Source of the DNA: a virus
Length of the DNA stretch: 64,000 nt
Strand: one strand, 5' to 3'
Virus record (IMG/VR): IMGVR_UViG_3300045988_129623
Part shown: one piece after another, positions 10,115 through 18,799 of the stretch
Position numbering within the stretch: position 1 is the stretch's first letter
How the letters are laid out: every line of letters starts with the position of its first letter
Notes under the pieces: generated by a model
The model's database searches: none
Seen by the model: the letters and a program-made list of their open reading frames with translations, nothing else
What the model was told of the DNA's origin: nothing
Made by a program: the position numbers and the translations under genes

Positions 10115-10415
10115 AATATTGGATATGGAAAGATTGAATTTCGAAACATTGTTTCGTGTCGTAAGATGGGATTACAACCGTTGTTTCAAGGATGAGTCGT
10201 TAGACAAGGATTTGTTTATGGGAAAATACGGGAAAGTTATGGGTGAACATTATTATAACAAGTTTGTCCATGAATTTGACGGAAATATTCTGAAGATGGT
10301 TGGTTACTTCAGAGGTTCCGAAAAAGAGGGGCAAGTCTTCTGCGATATGATAACCGAACGTATTGAAAAATACGAAAAGAGAATGTCATATGATAAAGGT
10401 AAGTTAAACAATTAA
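10101..10415 (+). CDS. hypothetical protein (104 aa)
   Basis: ORF track; overlaps the upstream stop. Confidence 0.6.
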   Translation: MNLNKILDMERLNFETLFRVVRWDYNRCFKDESLDKDLFMGKYGKVMGEHYYNKFVHEFDGNILKMVGYFRGSEKEGQVFCDMITERIEKYEKRMSYDKGKLNN

Positions 10416-10427
10416 AAAGATACTTAT

Positions 10428-11492
10428 ATGAACAATTCAATGGTCGCTCACTTGTGGGCAAACGAAAAGCAAGAATCAGCGAATGGTAGTAACTTCTATT
10501 TTGAAGGAGAAAGTATTTACTCCTATGGAAGACATTTTGAGGTCGGAAGAATCGTGCGAAACAAGCGTGGGGAAAAGGCGTATTTGATTAATGACATATA
10601 TTATTCTTCTTCTACAAGCAAACATCAATGTCGTGTTCGTGAAGCAATACCAACTGGCTCAAAGGTGTTCTATGTTGAATGTAATATATCATATTGTATC
10701 GGTAACATGCTCTTTGTTACCAATATGTTGGAATATATTAAAGATGCTATTGAAAAATACAAGAAAGCCAGAACCGAATTGTCTTATCGGGATGTTTGGG
10801 GAGCTTTTAAAAATATGATGGATTACATTGAGTTCTTCGATATGGGGACTTCCCAGCGTCTTCTTAAAAAGAGCGCAAACGAATGGCTTGGAACTAACCA
10901 TGAATTATCACAGAAATCAGATAAGATTAAACGTGAACATGTCCGTGAGTTGAAACGTATTTTCCAGATATTGTTGAATCATAAAGCACTGGAAGTCCTT
11001 GGAACCGTTAATGTGATTGTAGATGAAGTTTGTGGTGAAGGAACTTATTTGAAATATCGGGAAAGAGTTGAAAAATATAGAATAAATATAGAAACAAAAC
11101 AGAAAAAAAAACGAAGGGCAAGGGAAGAAGAATTAGATAAATTTCGTAAGGATTTTTATGAAAGATTAGAAAAATGGAAGTCGGGAGAACTTAATTTCTT
11201 GCATTCATATTATTTTATTGATTGTGCTGACGTAAATGCTTGGATGCGTATAAAAGGAGGAATTATTGAAACGAGCAAACAAATAAAAATCGGGATAGAA
11301 GAAGCCAGAAGGATGTGGCAGGTGGTGTCGCTGTTGCACCGGGGAGGCCAGTTCCGGCATGGCCTGGTAGAGGACGTGGATGGCAATAAGTGGAGCATAA
11401 ACCGGTATGAAAACGATATACTGACAGCCGGATGTCATCGTATTGCGTATAGTGAGATGGAAAGTATTGCAAAGCAACTGGGATGGGCGTAA
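10428..11492 (+). CDS. hypothetical protein (354 aa)
   Basis: Long ORF. Confidence 0.8.
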   Translation: MNNSMVAHLWANEKQESANGSNFYFEGESIYSYGRHFEVGRIVRNKRGEKAYLINDIYYSSSTSKHQCRVREAIPTGSKVFYVECNISYCIGNMLFVTNMLEYIKDAIEKYKKARTELSYRDVWGAFKNMMDYIEFFDMGTSQRLLKKSANEWLGTNHELSQKSDKIKREHVRELKRIFQILLNHKALEVLGTVNVIVDEVCGEGTYLKYRERVEKYRINIETKQKKKRRAREEELDKFRKDFYERLEKWKSGELNFLHSYYFIDCADVNAWMRIKGGIIETSKQIKIGIEEARRMWQVVSLLHRGGQFRHGLVEDVDGNKWSINRYENDILTAGCHRIAYSEMESIAKQLGWA

Positions 11493-11533
11493 GTAACCCA
11501 TCTTATTTTATAACAACTAAAAACAAGAAAAAT

Positions 11534-12274
11534 ATGGAAAATGCAATTATTGTTCCGTTTGATTTAAATACGGCGAGAAAAATTAAAAGCGGAGAAATAG
11601 AAGGTTCGGTATTAATTGATAATATTGAAATAGAATTTGTATATGAGTCGAAAGACTGTGCAGGTCCTTATAATTTGCTTTTTGTAAAAAAAGATGGATA
11701 TGGGATAAGTGCTATATATGCCAACACGGAAGGTTGTATTATTGGCGGCACCACTCTGGAATTGAGGGTAGAGGCTGGAGCGTATTTTAAGAAAGGAGAT
11801 GTATTAACAAGCACTAAAGGATGTCAATTTATATATGATGGACTTATTACCAAAGGGGTAATGGGAAGTATATGTGGAATGGCAACATCTGGAGATATTG
11901 AGTTTGATCATAGCGGATTATGGACTGATGTGTATGATGAAGATAAAAAACGGCATGTAAGAAAGGCTATAGAAGAAGAGAAGAAATTTTTAGCAGAAAA
12001 GATTATAAAAGCCGAAGACAGTAGAAAAATAGATATAATAAAACGATATTTAAGTGAATATGAGTATCTATTAGATGAGATGCCGAAACGTGACTTCAAA
12101 CCATTTGAACGAGTGCTGGTGAGAAGAACTAACCAAGAGAGGTGGAAATTGCATCTATTTTCCAGAGAATCAGTAGGAGATAATAAATACGAATGCTTGG
12201 GAGGGGTAGGATTTAGTCAGTGTATCCCATACGAAGGGAACGAACATCTTTTAGGAACCAATAAAAACAAATAA
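11534..12274 (+). CDS. hypothetical protein, tandem paralog 1 of 2. The ATG at 11534 is chosen by analogy with the paralog's start MEYK...PFDL
   Basis: Shared N-terminal (IVPFDLNTARKI versus TIPFDLETAKKI) and C-terminal (DFKPFERVLVR...ECLGG...EGNEHLLGT versus DFKPFDKVLVR...ECSNG...EGNECLLGT) blocks with 12279-13016. Confidence 0.8.
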   Translation: MENAIIVPFDLNTARKIKSGEIEGSVLIDNIEIEFVYESKDCAGPYNLLFVKKDGYGISAIYANTEGCIIGGTTLELRVEAGAYFKKGDVLTSTKGCQFIYDGLITKGVMGSICGMATSGDIEFDHSGLWTDVYDEDKKRHVRKAIEEEKKFLAEKIIKAEDSRKIDIIKRYLSEYEYLLDEMPKRDFKPFERVLVRRTNQERWKLHLFSRESVGDNKYECLGGVGFSQCIPYEGNEHLLGTNKNK

Positions 12275-12278
12275 GATT

Positions 12279-13016
12279 ATGGAATATAAAATGGTAACAA
12301 TCCCGTTTGATTTAGAAACGGCGAAAAAAATAAACATAGGGGAAAGAGTAGGTCAGATTGTGACAGAGAAAGGACGAAATAGAGCAGAAATAGTATATGA
12401 AGACAATTCGTCAATTTGTCCGTTATTGGTTGTAATTCATTCTATTTCTGTATCGGCAGATTGGTTTTCTGCTACAGGAAAAGCATTTAGCAGCGAAAAT
12501 CGCCTCCTTCTTGAAGTCCCGGAATATACTACATTTAAAGATGGAGATGTGTTAAGCAACAAAGATGGAAGTTATATTTTTATTTTAAATACGCATGGGA
12601 AATATTTAACATCTTTTTATGCGAGTCTTGCAGCGGGAACAAGTCTTAATATATCGGATAATTTGGCTGCACACGAAAACCACATAGAATGTTATAGACT
12701 TGCAACAGATTCGGAAAAACAGAAGATGATTAAAGCGTTAAAGAAAAGCGAAAATCCTAAAGCAAAAGAATATCTGAAACGCTTCTTCTGGATTAAAGAA
12801 GAGCCGAAATATGATTTTAAGCCGTTTGACAAAGTGCTGGTAAGAAAAGAAGGAAATAAAAAATGGAATATCAGTTTGTTTGCAAGGGAAATTGTGGACG
12901 ATTATAATGGATTGCCTTATAAGTACGAATGTTCCAATGGAACATTATGGGATTATTGTATTCATTTTGAGGGTAATGAATGTCTTTTAGGAACTACTGA
13001 AAATCCAGAAAAATGA
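12279..13016 (+). CDS. hypothetical protein, tandem paralog 2 of 2
   Basis: See paralog 1. Confidence 0.8.
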   Translation: MEYKMVTIPFDLETAKKINIGERVGQIVTEKGRNRAEIVYEDNSSICPLLVVIHSISVSADWFSATGKAFSSENRLLLEVPEYTTFKDGDVLSNKDGSYIFILNTHGKYLTSFYASLAAGTSLNISDNLAAHENHIECYRLATDSEKQKMIKALKKSENPKAKEYLKRFFWIKEEPKYDFKPFDKVLVRKEGNKKWNISLFAREIVDDYNGLPYKYECSNGTLWDYCIHFEGNECLLGTTENPEK

Positions 13017-13459
13017 AAATGGTAAAATTATCTGATTTTTATCCTTATGACAGAAACAAAGGAGGAATACAGGAATTGCATCATAAAATTGAGTCCAAAA
13101 CACTTCAGTATTGGGGTGAAGATAGTGGTATTCTGATCGGCATCACTCCGATATATAAGAGACGTTTGTGGAGCGAAGAAGTGAAAGTTGTAAATGATAA
13201 AATGACAAATATGAAAACAAGAACATACGAAGGGGTGCAGCACGGAGACTGGGTAAGATGTGTCTTATGTGGAGCACAAATGCTTCTTCCATGTGGAGCT
13301 GACAAATGCCCAGAATGTAGCAGTAAAGATACTTTAATGTGGGTAGATGAGAATAGGCAAGAAATGGACGCTAAACATCTGGATTGTCTTGTCCCAATAC
13401 GCAAATTGGAGTTACAAGAATATCTATCCCCAGAAATTTTGAAAATGGAACATATATGA
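13013..13459 (+). CDS. hypothetical zinc-ribbon protein (CVLCGA...CPEC)
   Basis: ORF track; Cys motifs. Confidence 0.7.
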   Translation: MKMVKLSDFYPYDRNKGGIQELHHKIESKTLQYWGEDSGILIGITPIYKRRLWSEEVKVVNDKMTNMKTRTYEGVQHGDWVRCVLCGAQMLLPCGADKCPECSSKDTLMWVDENRQEMDAKHLDCLVPIRKLELQEYLSPEILKMEHI

Positions 13460-13755
13460 AAATAGAATACATACAAAAATGTAAATGCGGCGCAGTCACT
13501 ATCAGCTTTGATAATGGTGCTTCGAATAGCATGTTTTGGGAAACATTTGAAAAATTGGATTTGGATGCTGGTGATGCCACATGGCTTCACCAGTCCTGCT
13601 GCTGCAACCACTGCGTCAACCATTGGGGAATAGACTTATGCGAGTGTGGATCAGGACAGAAGGTAGGAAAATGTGAATGTGGATCCCAAAAGGCACATGA
13701 TATATTAGGGGTTAAATATGATTCGTTTGGAGTAATATTAAAAAACTTTGGATAA
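13456..13755 (+). CDS. hypothetical Cys-rich small protein. The ATG at 13456 overlaps the upstream TGA
   Basis: ATGA overlap; CKCG, CCCNHC, CECGSG and CECGS motifs. Confidence 0.6.
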   Translation: MKIEYIQKCKCGAVTISFDNGASNSMFWETFEKLDLDAGDATWLHQSCCCNHCVNHWGIDLCECGSGQKVGKCECGSQKAHDILGVKYDSFGVILKNFG

Positions 13756-14231
13756 TGGATATAGTAAGTAAATACACCGCCTTGTTAGGACAACAGAAGC
13801 TAAAAGAATCATTTGTGAAAGATTTGAAGCTTGTATTATCAAGAAAAAATCCTAATATAGAAAAAGGGAAACTTAATTTCATTCGTTATTCAGAAATGAA
13901 AAATTGGAGTGTAAGAGAGTTGTTTGGTGAAGACTTGAAACAAGCTGATAGGGCTTTAATAAACAAGGTGTATCATATGCTATTTGATATAGGTTCGGAT
14001 TTTGAATCGGTTATAAGAATGCTATATAGCTTTCGTAACGGACCTAAATCGGGGATAAAAGTGGCGGATCCAGAGGATAATTACGAATGGACTAACAAGG
14101 ACGGAAATGAAAAATATTCTACTAAAAATCTCCCAAAAGCGCATTTTAGATGGGATTGGAGAAGATATACCTTATCAAAAGAATCCGTTGATAAAATAAC
14201 GGAGTTTGTAGACACCATATTAGAATCATAG
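13755..14231 (+). CDS. hypothetical protein (158 aa)
   Basis: ORF track. Confidence 0.7.
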   Translation: MDIVSKYTALLGQQKLKESFVKDLKLVLSRKNPNIEKGKLNFIRYSEMKNWSVRELFGEDLKQADRALINKVYHMLFDIGSDFESVIRMLYSFRNGPKSGIKVADPEDNYEWTNKDGNEKYSTKNLPKAHFRWDWRRYTLSKESVDKITEFVDTILES

Positions 14232-14238
14232 AGAAATT

Positions 14239-14493
14239 ATGAACGAAGTAATTTTAAGCAACATGTTAGGATGTCAGACATATTGTATATCAGACAGTCC
14301 TTCGAATAGATACTGTCTTATTGGACCTATTGAGTGCAATGAGAAGTTAATAGAAGTGTTTAAGAAGGGGATAACAGTAAAACTCAAATACGTGGAAAAA
14401 CGGGTCCTGGATGCATTTACGGACAACGGAATCGACCTGAGTAATTACACTCATTGTATTATTGTGAAGCGGAATTTTTATCTCGCTTGGTAA
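14239..14493 (+). CDS. hypothetical protein (84 aa)
   Basis: ORF track. Confidence 0.6.
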   Translation: MNEVILSNMLGCQTYCISDSPSNRYCLIGPIECNEKLIEVFKKGITVKLKYVEKRVLDAFTDNGIDLSNYTHCIIVKRNFYLAW

Positions 14494-14511
14494 CGGCAAA
14501 ACATAAACAAT

Positions 14512-15174
14512 ATGAATAATTTTGTAATAGATACTCCAGATAATTTCTGGCAAATAAGATGGCTTGACAAGTATATGGAAGGCCACAAAGGATTCATAGC
14601 TGGTGGATGTTTTAAAAATATCCTTTCCGGAGAAAGAGTAAAAGACATTGATATTTTCTTTGAAAGTGAAAGCGATTTTCAGGAGGCTATTGATTCGTTC
14701 AATGATGAAAAACATCAGAAAGAAGGATGGAAATTTAAGTATAGGAATGAGAAGGTATGCGCATTCCAGGAAGAGGGAGAAAAGGTATGGGTAGAGTTCA
14801 TAGAGTCAGAGTTCGGAAAGCCAGAAGAGATTCTTAGGAGCTTCGACTTTACTGTGGCAAAAATGGCTTACTACAAGGAGCCTAAATACGAAGAAAAGGA
14901 AGATGATTATTTTCCATTCTCATCTACTGATGTAGTAGGATACGAGTATAAACTACTCTATCATGAGAAATTCTTCGAACATCTTCATATGAAGAGGCTG
15001 GTCATTGACGAAAATATTCCTTTTCCAGTAAGTACATGGGAGCGCTCATATCGGTATAAAGGATATGGTTACAATATGTGTAGGGAGACAAAGAAAAAAC
15101 TTCTACAGGCTCTTAAAGGTGTAAACGTAGAGGAGGAAGATGTATCTTTGTACACTACTGGAGGATGGGATTAA
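14512..15174 (+). CDS. putative nucleotidyltransferase-fold protein (Pol-beta superfamily motif GG-x12-DIDIF)
   Basis: IAGGCFKNILSGERVKDIDIFF matches the hG[GS]-x(9-13)-DhD pattern of minimal nucleotidyltransferases. No other domain was recognised. Confidence 0.45.
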   Translation: MNNFVIDTPDNFWQIRWLDKYMEGHKGFIAGGCFKNILSGERVKDIDIFFESESDFQEAIDSFNDEKHQKEGWKFKYRNEKVCAFQEEGEKVWVEFIESEFGKPEEILRSFDFTVAKMAYYKEPKYEEKEDDYFPFSSTDVVGYEYKLLYHEKFFEHLHMKRLVIDENIPFPVSTWERSYRYKGYGYNMCRETKKKLLQALKGVNVEEEDVSLYTTGGWD

Positions 15175-15192
15175 CTTATAAAACATAGATAT

Positions 15193-15855
15193 ATGAATAC
15201 ATCATTTGAGAAATCTAAAAACAGTACAGATGAATGGTACACACCTAAAGAAATTATAGACGCTTTAGGGGAATTTGATTTAGATCCATGTGCGCCTATG
15301 CGTCCGTTATGGAGGACAGCCAGGGTTATGTATAACAAAGAGCAAGATGGATTAAAACAAAAATGGGAAGGAAGGGTATGGTTAAACCCACCTTATTCAA
15401 GACCGACTATAGAGCATTTATTACTCGTATGGTAGAGCACAATAATGGAATAGCTCTTCTTTTTTAATCGTCTTGACAATAAGATGTTTCAGAATGTTGT
15501 ATTCCCGAAAGCAAAAGGTATATTGTTCATGAAAGGAAGGATAAAATTCCACAGAGAAGATGGAACAATAGGTGAAAGTCCAGGATGTGGGTCTATTCTG
15601 GTTGCATTCGGCGAAGAGAATGCGGAAACATTAAGATCTTCTAATATTGAAGGAAGATATATACAGGTCAATCAAGAACCGTGTAACACCCATGTAGATT
15701 GGGAACAACGTAGATACGAGATGGCAAAAACCATGCTTCCGATCACAGCCGTATCAGGACATGGACCTCATGGTGAATTAATATTGGAAGCGTGTGATAA
15801 GGCGGCTGAATTAGCTGTAATATACGCAGATGCTTTAATTAAAGAACTGAAATGA
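15193..15855 (+). pseudogene. phage T1-type DNA N6-adenine methyltransferase (Dam family). It is interrupted by two in-frame TAG codons at 15433-15435 and 15451-15453. It is either an amber read-through gene or a pseudogene
   Basis: The N-terminal part has DEWYTP...DLDPCA...NPPYS (motif IV). The C-terminal part has FFNRLDNKMFQN...KGRIKF, typical of the family. Both parts share a frame and are separated only by TAG-15nt-TAG. Confidence 0.75.
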
Positions 15856-16007
15856 AATCAACAGTACATGCTTATCTTGAGAATGATTATAGATTTTATA
15901 GACTTCCTCTATTTAAAGCTACGGCTGTAAAATACGGATGGAATAATTCTATAGAGGAAGATAGTGGGAGAGGAAAAATATAATTCAAAGTATTAAGTAG
16001 ATATATT

Positions 16008-16844
16008 ATGAGCGCAAGTAAAGAATACAAGGCAGTAAGAAACTGCATACTAAATGAACTTCACCTTACCAAAGAAGATATAATCAAAAACATAGAATCA
16101 TTATTGGAAAAACTTGTAAAAAGGTGTATGCATAATACGTACGGAGGAAACAATCAGATAGAACATTGGATCAGATGTATGGTAAACGATGAGCTTAAAC
16201 AAAGGGATTATGGTTTTGTAGAAAGAATAAGCAAGGAAGTCGTGAAAGATCATGTGCTGAATGAGTTGAACATAATCGTAAGACCCAAAAATGAAAGATG
16301 CGTATGCGAAAATAGAGTGCCATCAAGAAAAGATGGTTTGTATCTAATCTACGGGAACGGACACGTAGAGCCGTTTACCGGCGATAACTCCAAAGATTGT
16401 GTACGATACATCGGGTTGAAGCACAGATACATGTCATTTGCAATCTCACTGACGGAGCATGATATCGTACAATTGCTTGACGATGATAGCCGTGAAGAAT
16501 CCGGAAGTGGGACATATTATGAACGTGAATGTGATGCGCTGTTTGACATTGACGGACGCGGCAATACGGAACGCCTTGTAGCCAGAAATCCAAAATTGAG
16601 AAATCTGCTGGAAGATGGCGAGTATATACCATCTCTTGGTCAATTAAATTTAATGGCCCATTATATGGACGAACTAAACAAAGCATTCACTTATGTTTCG
16701 GCATCTCCCCTCTCCTCGACGTGGTATTGGTCCAGTACTGAGAGCAGCCAGGCCGTCGCGTGGTACGTGGTCTTCTCCAGTGGCCTCACGGGCACCGGCA
16801 ACAAGCACATCGGAGACATGGTTCGGACGGTAATTGATTTTTAA
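16008..16844 (+). CDS. hypothetical protein (278 aa), encoded upstream of the ATPase. Its 3' end lies in a GC-rich island
   Basis: ORF track. Confidence 0.75.
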   Translation: MSASKEYKAVRNCILNELHLTKEDIIKNIESLLEKLVKRCMHNTYGGNNQIEHWIRCMVNDELKQRDYGFVERISKEVVKDHVLNELNIIVRPKNERCVCENRVPSRKDGLYLIYGNGHVEPFTGDNSKDCVRYIGLKHRYMSFAISLTEHDIVQLLDDDSREESGSGTYYERECDALFDIDGRGNTERLVARNPKLRNLLEDGEYIPSLGQLNLMAHYMDELNKAFTYVSASPLSSTWYWSSTESSQAVAWYVVFSSGLTGTGNKHIGDMVRTVIDF

Positions 16845-16855
16845 AAAGGATTACA

Positions 16856-17662
16856 ATGATAACATCAGTAAAAATAAAAGACAATACGAAAACTCCATTT
16901 GAATATGTTTCTGACATAGAAGCGTTTGAAAATGGCAGAGAATTTATTTTCAAGCCAGGAGTGAACGTAATTATAGGTAAAAACGGTAGTGGAAAATCAA
17001 CCTTGCTTAACATCATATCAATGTATGCGTTATGTGAGAAATCCATGTGCTCTGAAATACCGATCGAGGCACTGGATTTTCCACCTATATTTGATGATGA
17101 TGACAAGGTTCTTGATGGGATTGACATATCATCCGATTATGCAGGGAAAGTATTCCGTTTATTGCCATCGGCGGAGATGAATCGAGATAGCGTATTGAAA
17201 AACATCAGCAACTTAGATTTGTATGTGAATAATATTCGAAGATCTTATGGAGAGAAAGTGGTGTTGTCATTGGAATCACTTTTCAATTTAATGTTCGGTC
17301 AAAAGGATTATACATTTCCAATACAAGATCTTGTAGAATACAAGAAAAAATCAAATGCGTTTTGGATTAAAAGAATTGATAACCTGTTGAAGTATTATGA
17401 AAGAAACCGCATAACATTAACAGAAAGCAGTTTTGAATACACGGTTCTCATGGATGAGCCAGATAGGAATCTTGACATTGACAACATAATGCAAATTTAT
17501 AATGTATTGTCATTCCATAAACCACAAACACAAATTATAGCCATAATACACAATCCGGCATTGATTTACAAGTTAAGCAAATTAGATTGTGTGAATTTCA
17601 TAGAGATGACAGAAGGATATCTAAAGGATGTTGTCAATTTCATAAGTGAAACAAATAAATGA
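16856..17662 (+). CDS. ABC-type (AAA_21/SMC-like) ATPase, 268 aa
   Basis: Walker A GKNGSGKST; Walker B/D-loop VLMDEPDRNLD; H-loop IIHNP. Confidence 0.8.
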   Translation: MITSVKIKDNTKTPFEYVSDIEAFENGREFIFKPGVNVIIGKNGSGKSTLLNIISMYALCEKSMCSEIPIEALDFPPIFDDDDKVLDGIDISSDYAGKVFRLLPSAEMNRDSVLKNISNLDLYVNNIRRSYGEKVVLSLESLFNLMFGQKDYTFPIQDLVEYKKKSNAFWIKRIDNLLKYYERNRITLTESSFEYTVLMDEPDRNLDIDNIMQIYNVLSFHKPQTQIIAIIHNPALIYKLSKLDCVNFIEMTEGYLKDVVNFISETNK

Positions 17663-17668
17663 AAGAGA

Positions 17669-18022
17669 ATGAGAAAAGAACTGAAAATAATAGGATCAAG
17701 AGATCGGCACGTATTTACAGCGACATTCATTCGTTTTGGATTCAGGGATGGGTATAAAGGACCTGTAAAGACAATACTTTTACAAGACGTGTTACTCGAT
17801 GATAAAATAGTAACAGATCATTTGTGGTTTGATTTGACAAAAGGATTCGAAAGCGCCGATTTATTACCAGGCGACGTGGTTGAGTTTTGTGCAAGGGTTA
17901 GTATTTACGAGAAAGGATATAAAGGATATAGGAATGACGTATTCGATAGGCCGATAGAAAAGGATTATCGATTGTCAAGACCAACAAAGATTAAAAAGAT
18001 TGGGAAGAAATCAATAGATTGA
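17669..18022 (+). CDS. hypothetical protein (117 aa)
   Basis: ORF track. Confidence 0.65.
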   Translation: MRKELKIIGSRDRHVFTATFIRFGFRDGYKGPVKTILLQDVLLDDKIVTDHLWFDLTKGFESADLLPGDVVEFCARVSIYEKGYKGYRNDVFDRPIEKDYRLSRPTKIKKIGKKSID

Positions 18023-18122
18023 CATACTACCGCGAACTTTAGGTGTGGGAGTATGTCAAAGAGATGACAGAAGGGCATCTTAGTAAAACTTGTATATTTG
18101 TGTCTAATTAATTAAAGGTGAG

Positions 18123-18437
18123 ATGAACTGGAAGAAATTCAAAGAGGAAAAACCTTCAGAGGGAGAAGAAGTGTTGGCTTATCACCCAAGTTGGATAGAT
18201 GAAGATTTCAACCCAAGAGGTATAAGAATAGGGTTTTGGAATGGAGGAGACGATTTTAAATCGGCTCATTGGTGGGATTATCAAGATTGTTATATCACAA
18301 TCTCTCATTGTGATTGTGATGATAATTCTCTTTTCAGTGATAGAATAAAAAACAGCATAGAGCCAGAGTTATGGATATCACTTGATGTTATTACAAATTA
18401 CTTACCTGATATAAAACAAAATCACTTATCACAATGA
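18123..18437 (+). CDS. hypothetical protein (104 aa)
   Basis: ORF track; ATGA overlap. Confidence 0.65.
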   Translation: MNWKKFKEEKPSEGEEVLAYHPSWIDEDFNPRGIRIGFWNGGDDFKSAHWWDYQDCYITISHCDCDDNSLFSDRIKNSIEPELWISLDVITNYLPDIKQNHLSQ

Positions 18438-18781
18438 GCTATTTTATATTAATGGGAAGAAGAATCCCCAAGCAAGCCATAACAGGCTTCAAATTTCAAA
18501 ATGAAACAGATAACATTCGTCCTTTCTTGTCAATCAGGATAAGGGGAAAGGACGAAATTATACCTTTGACAGAAGAAGAGCAACGACAAGAAGTTGCAGT
18601 ATGGGGAGAAAATATGAATCTAATGAAAGATTGTTCCTTGGAGAAAACAGACGAGGATATGTACTACAACTCTGAATGGGATTATACTTGTGAAGAGAGT
18701 GAATTGGAACAGGAAGACAAGAATGACCCTGATGTACATAAGGTATATGAAGCAGGAATGTATTATATTTATTCGAATTGA
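18434..18781 (+). CDS. hypothetical acidic protein (115 aa)
   Basis: ORF track. Confidence 0.6.
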   Translation: MSYFILMGRRIPKQAITGFKFQNETDNIRPFLSIRIRGKDEIIPLTEEEQRQEVAVWGENMNLMKDCSLEKTDEDMYYNSEWDYTCEESELEQEDKNDPDVHKVYEAGMYYIYSN

Positions 18782-18799
18782 TTTTAAAAAGATCTGATT

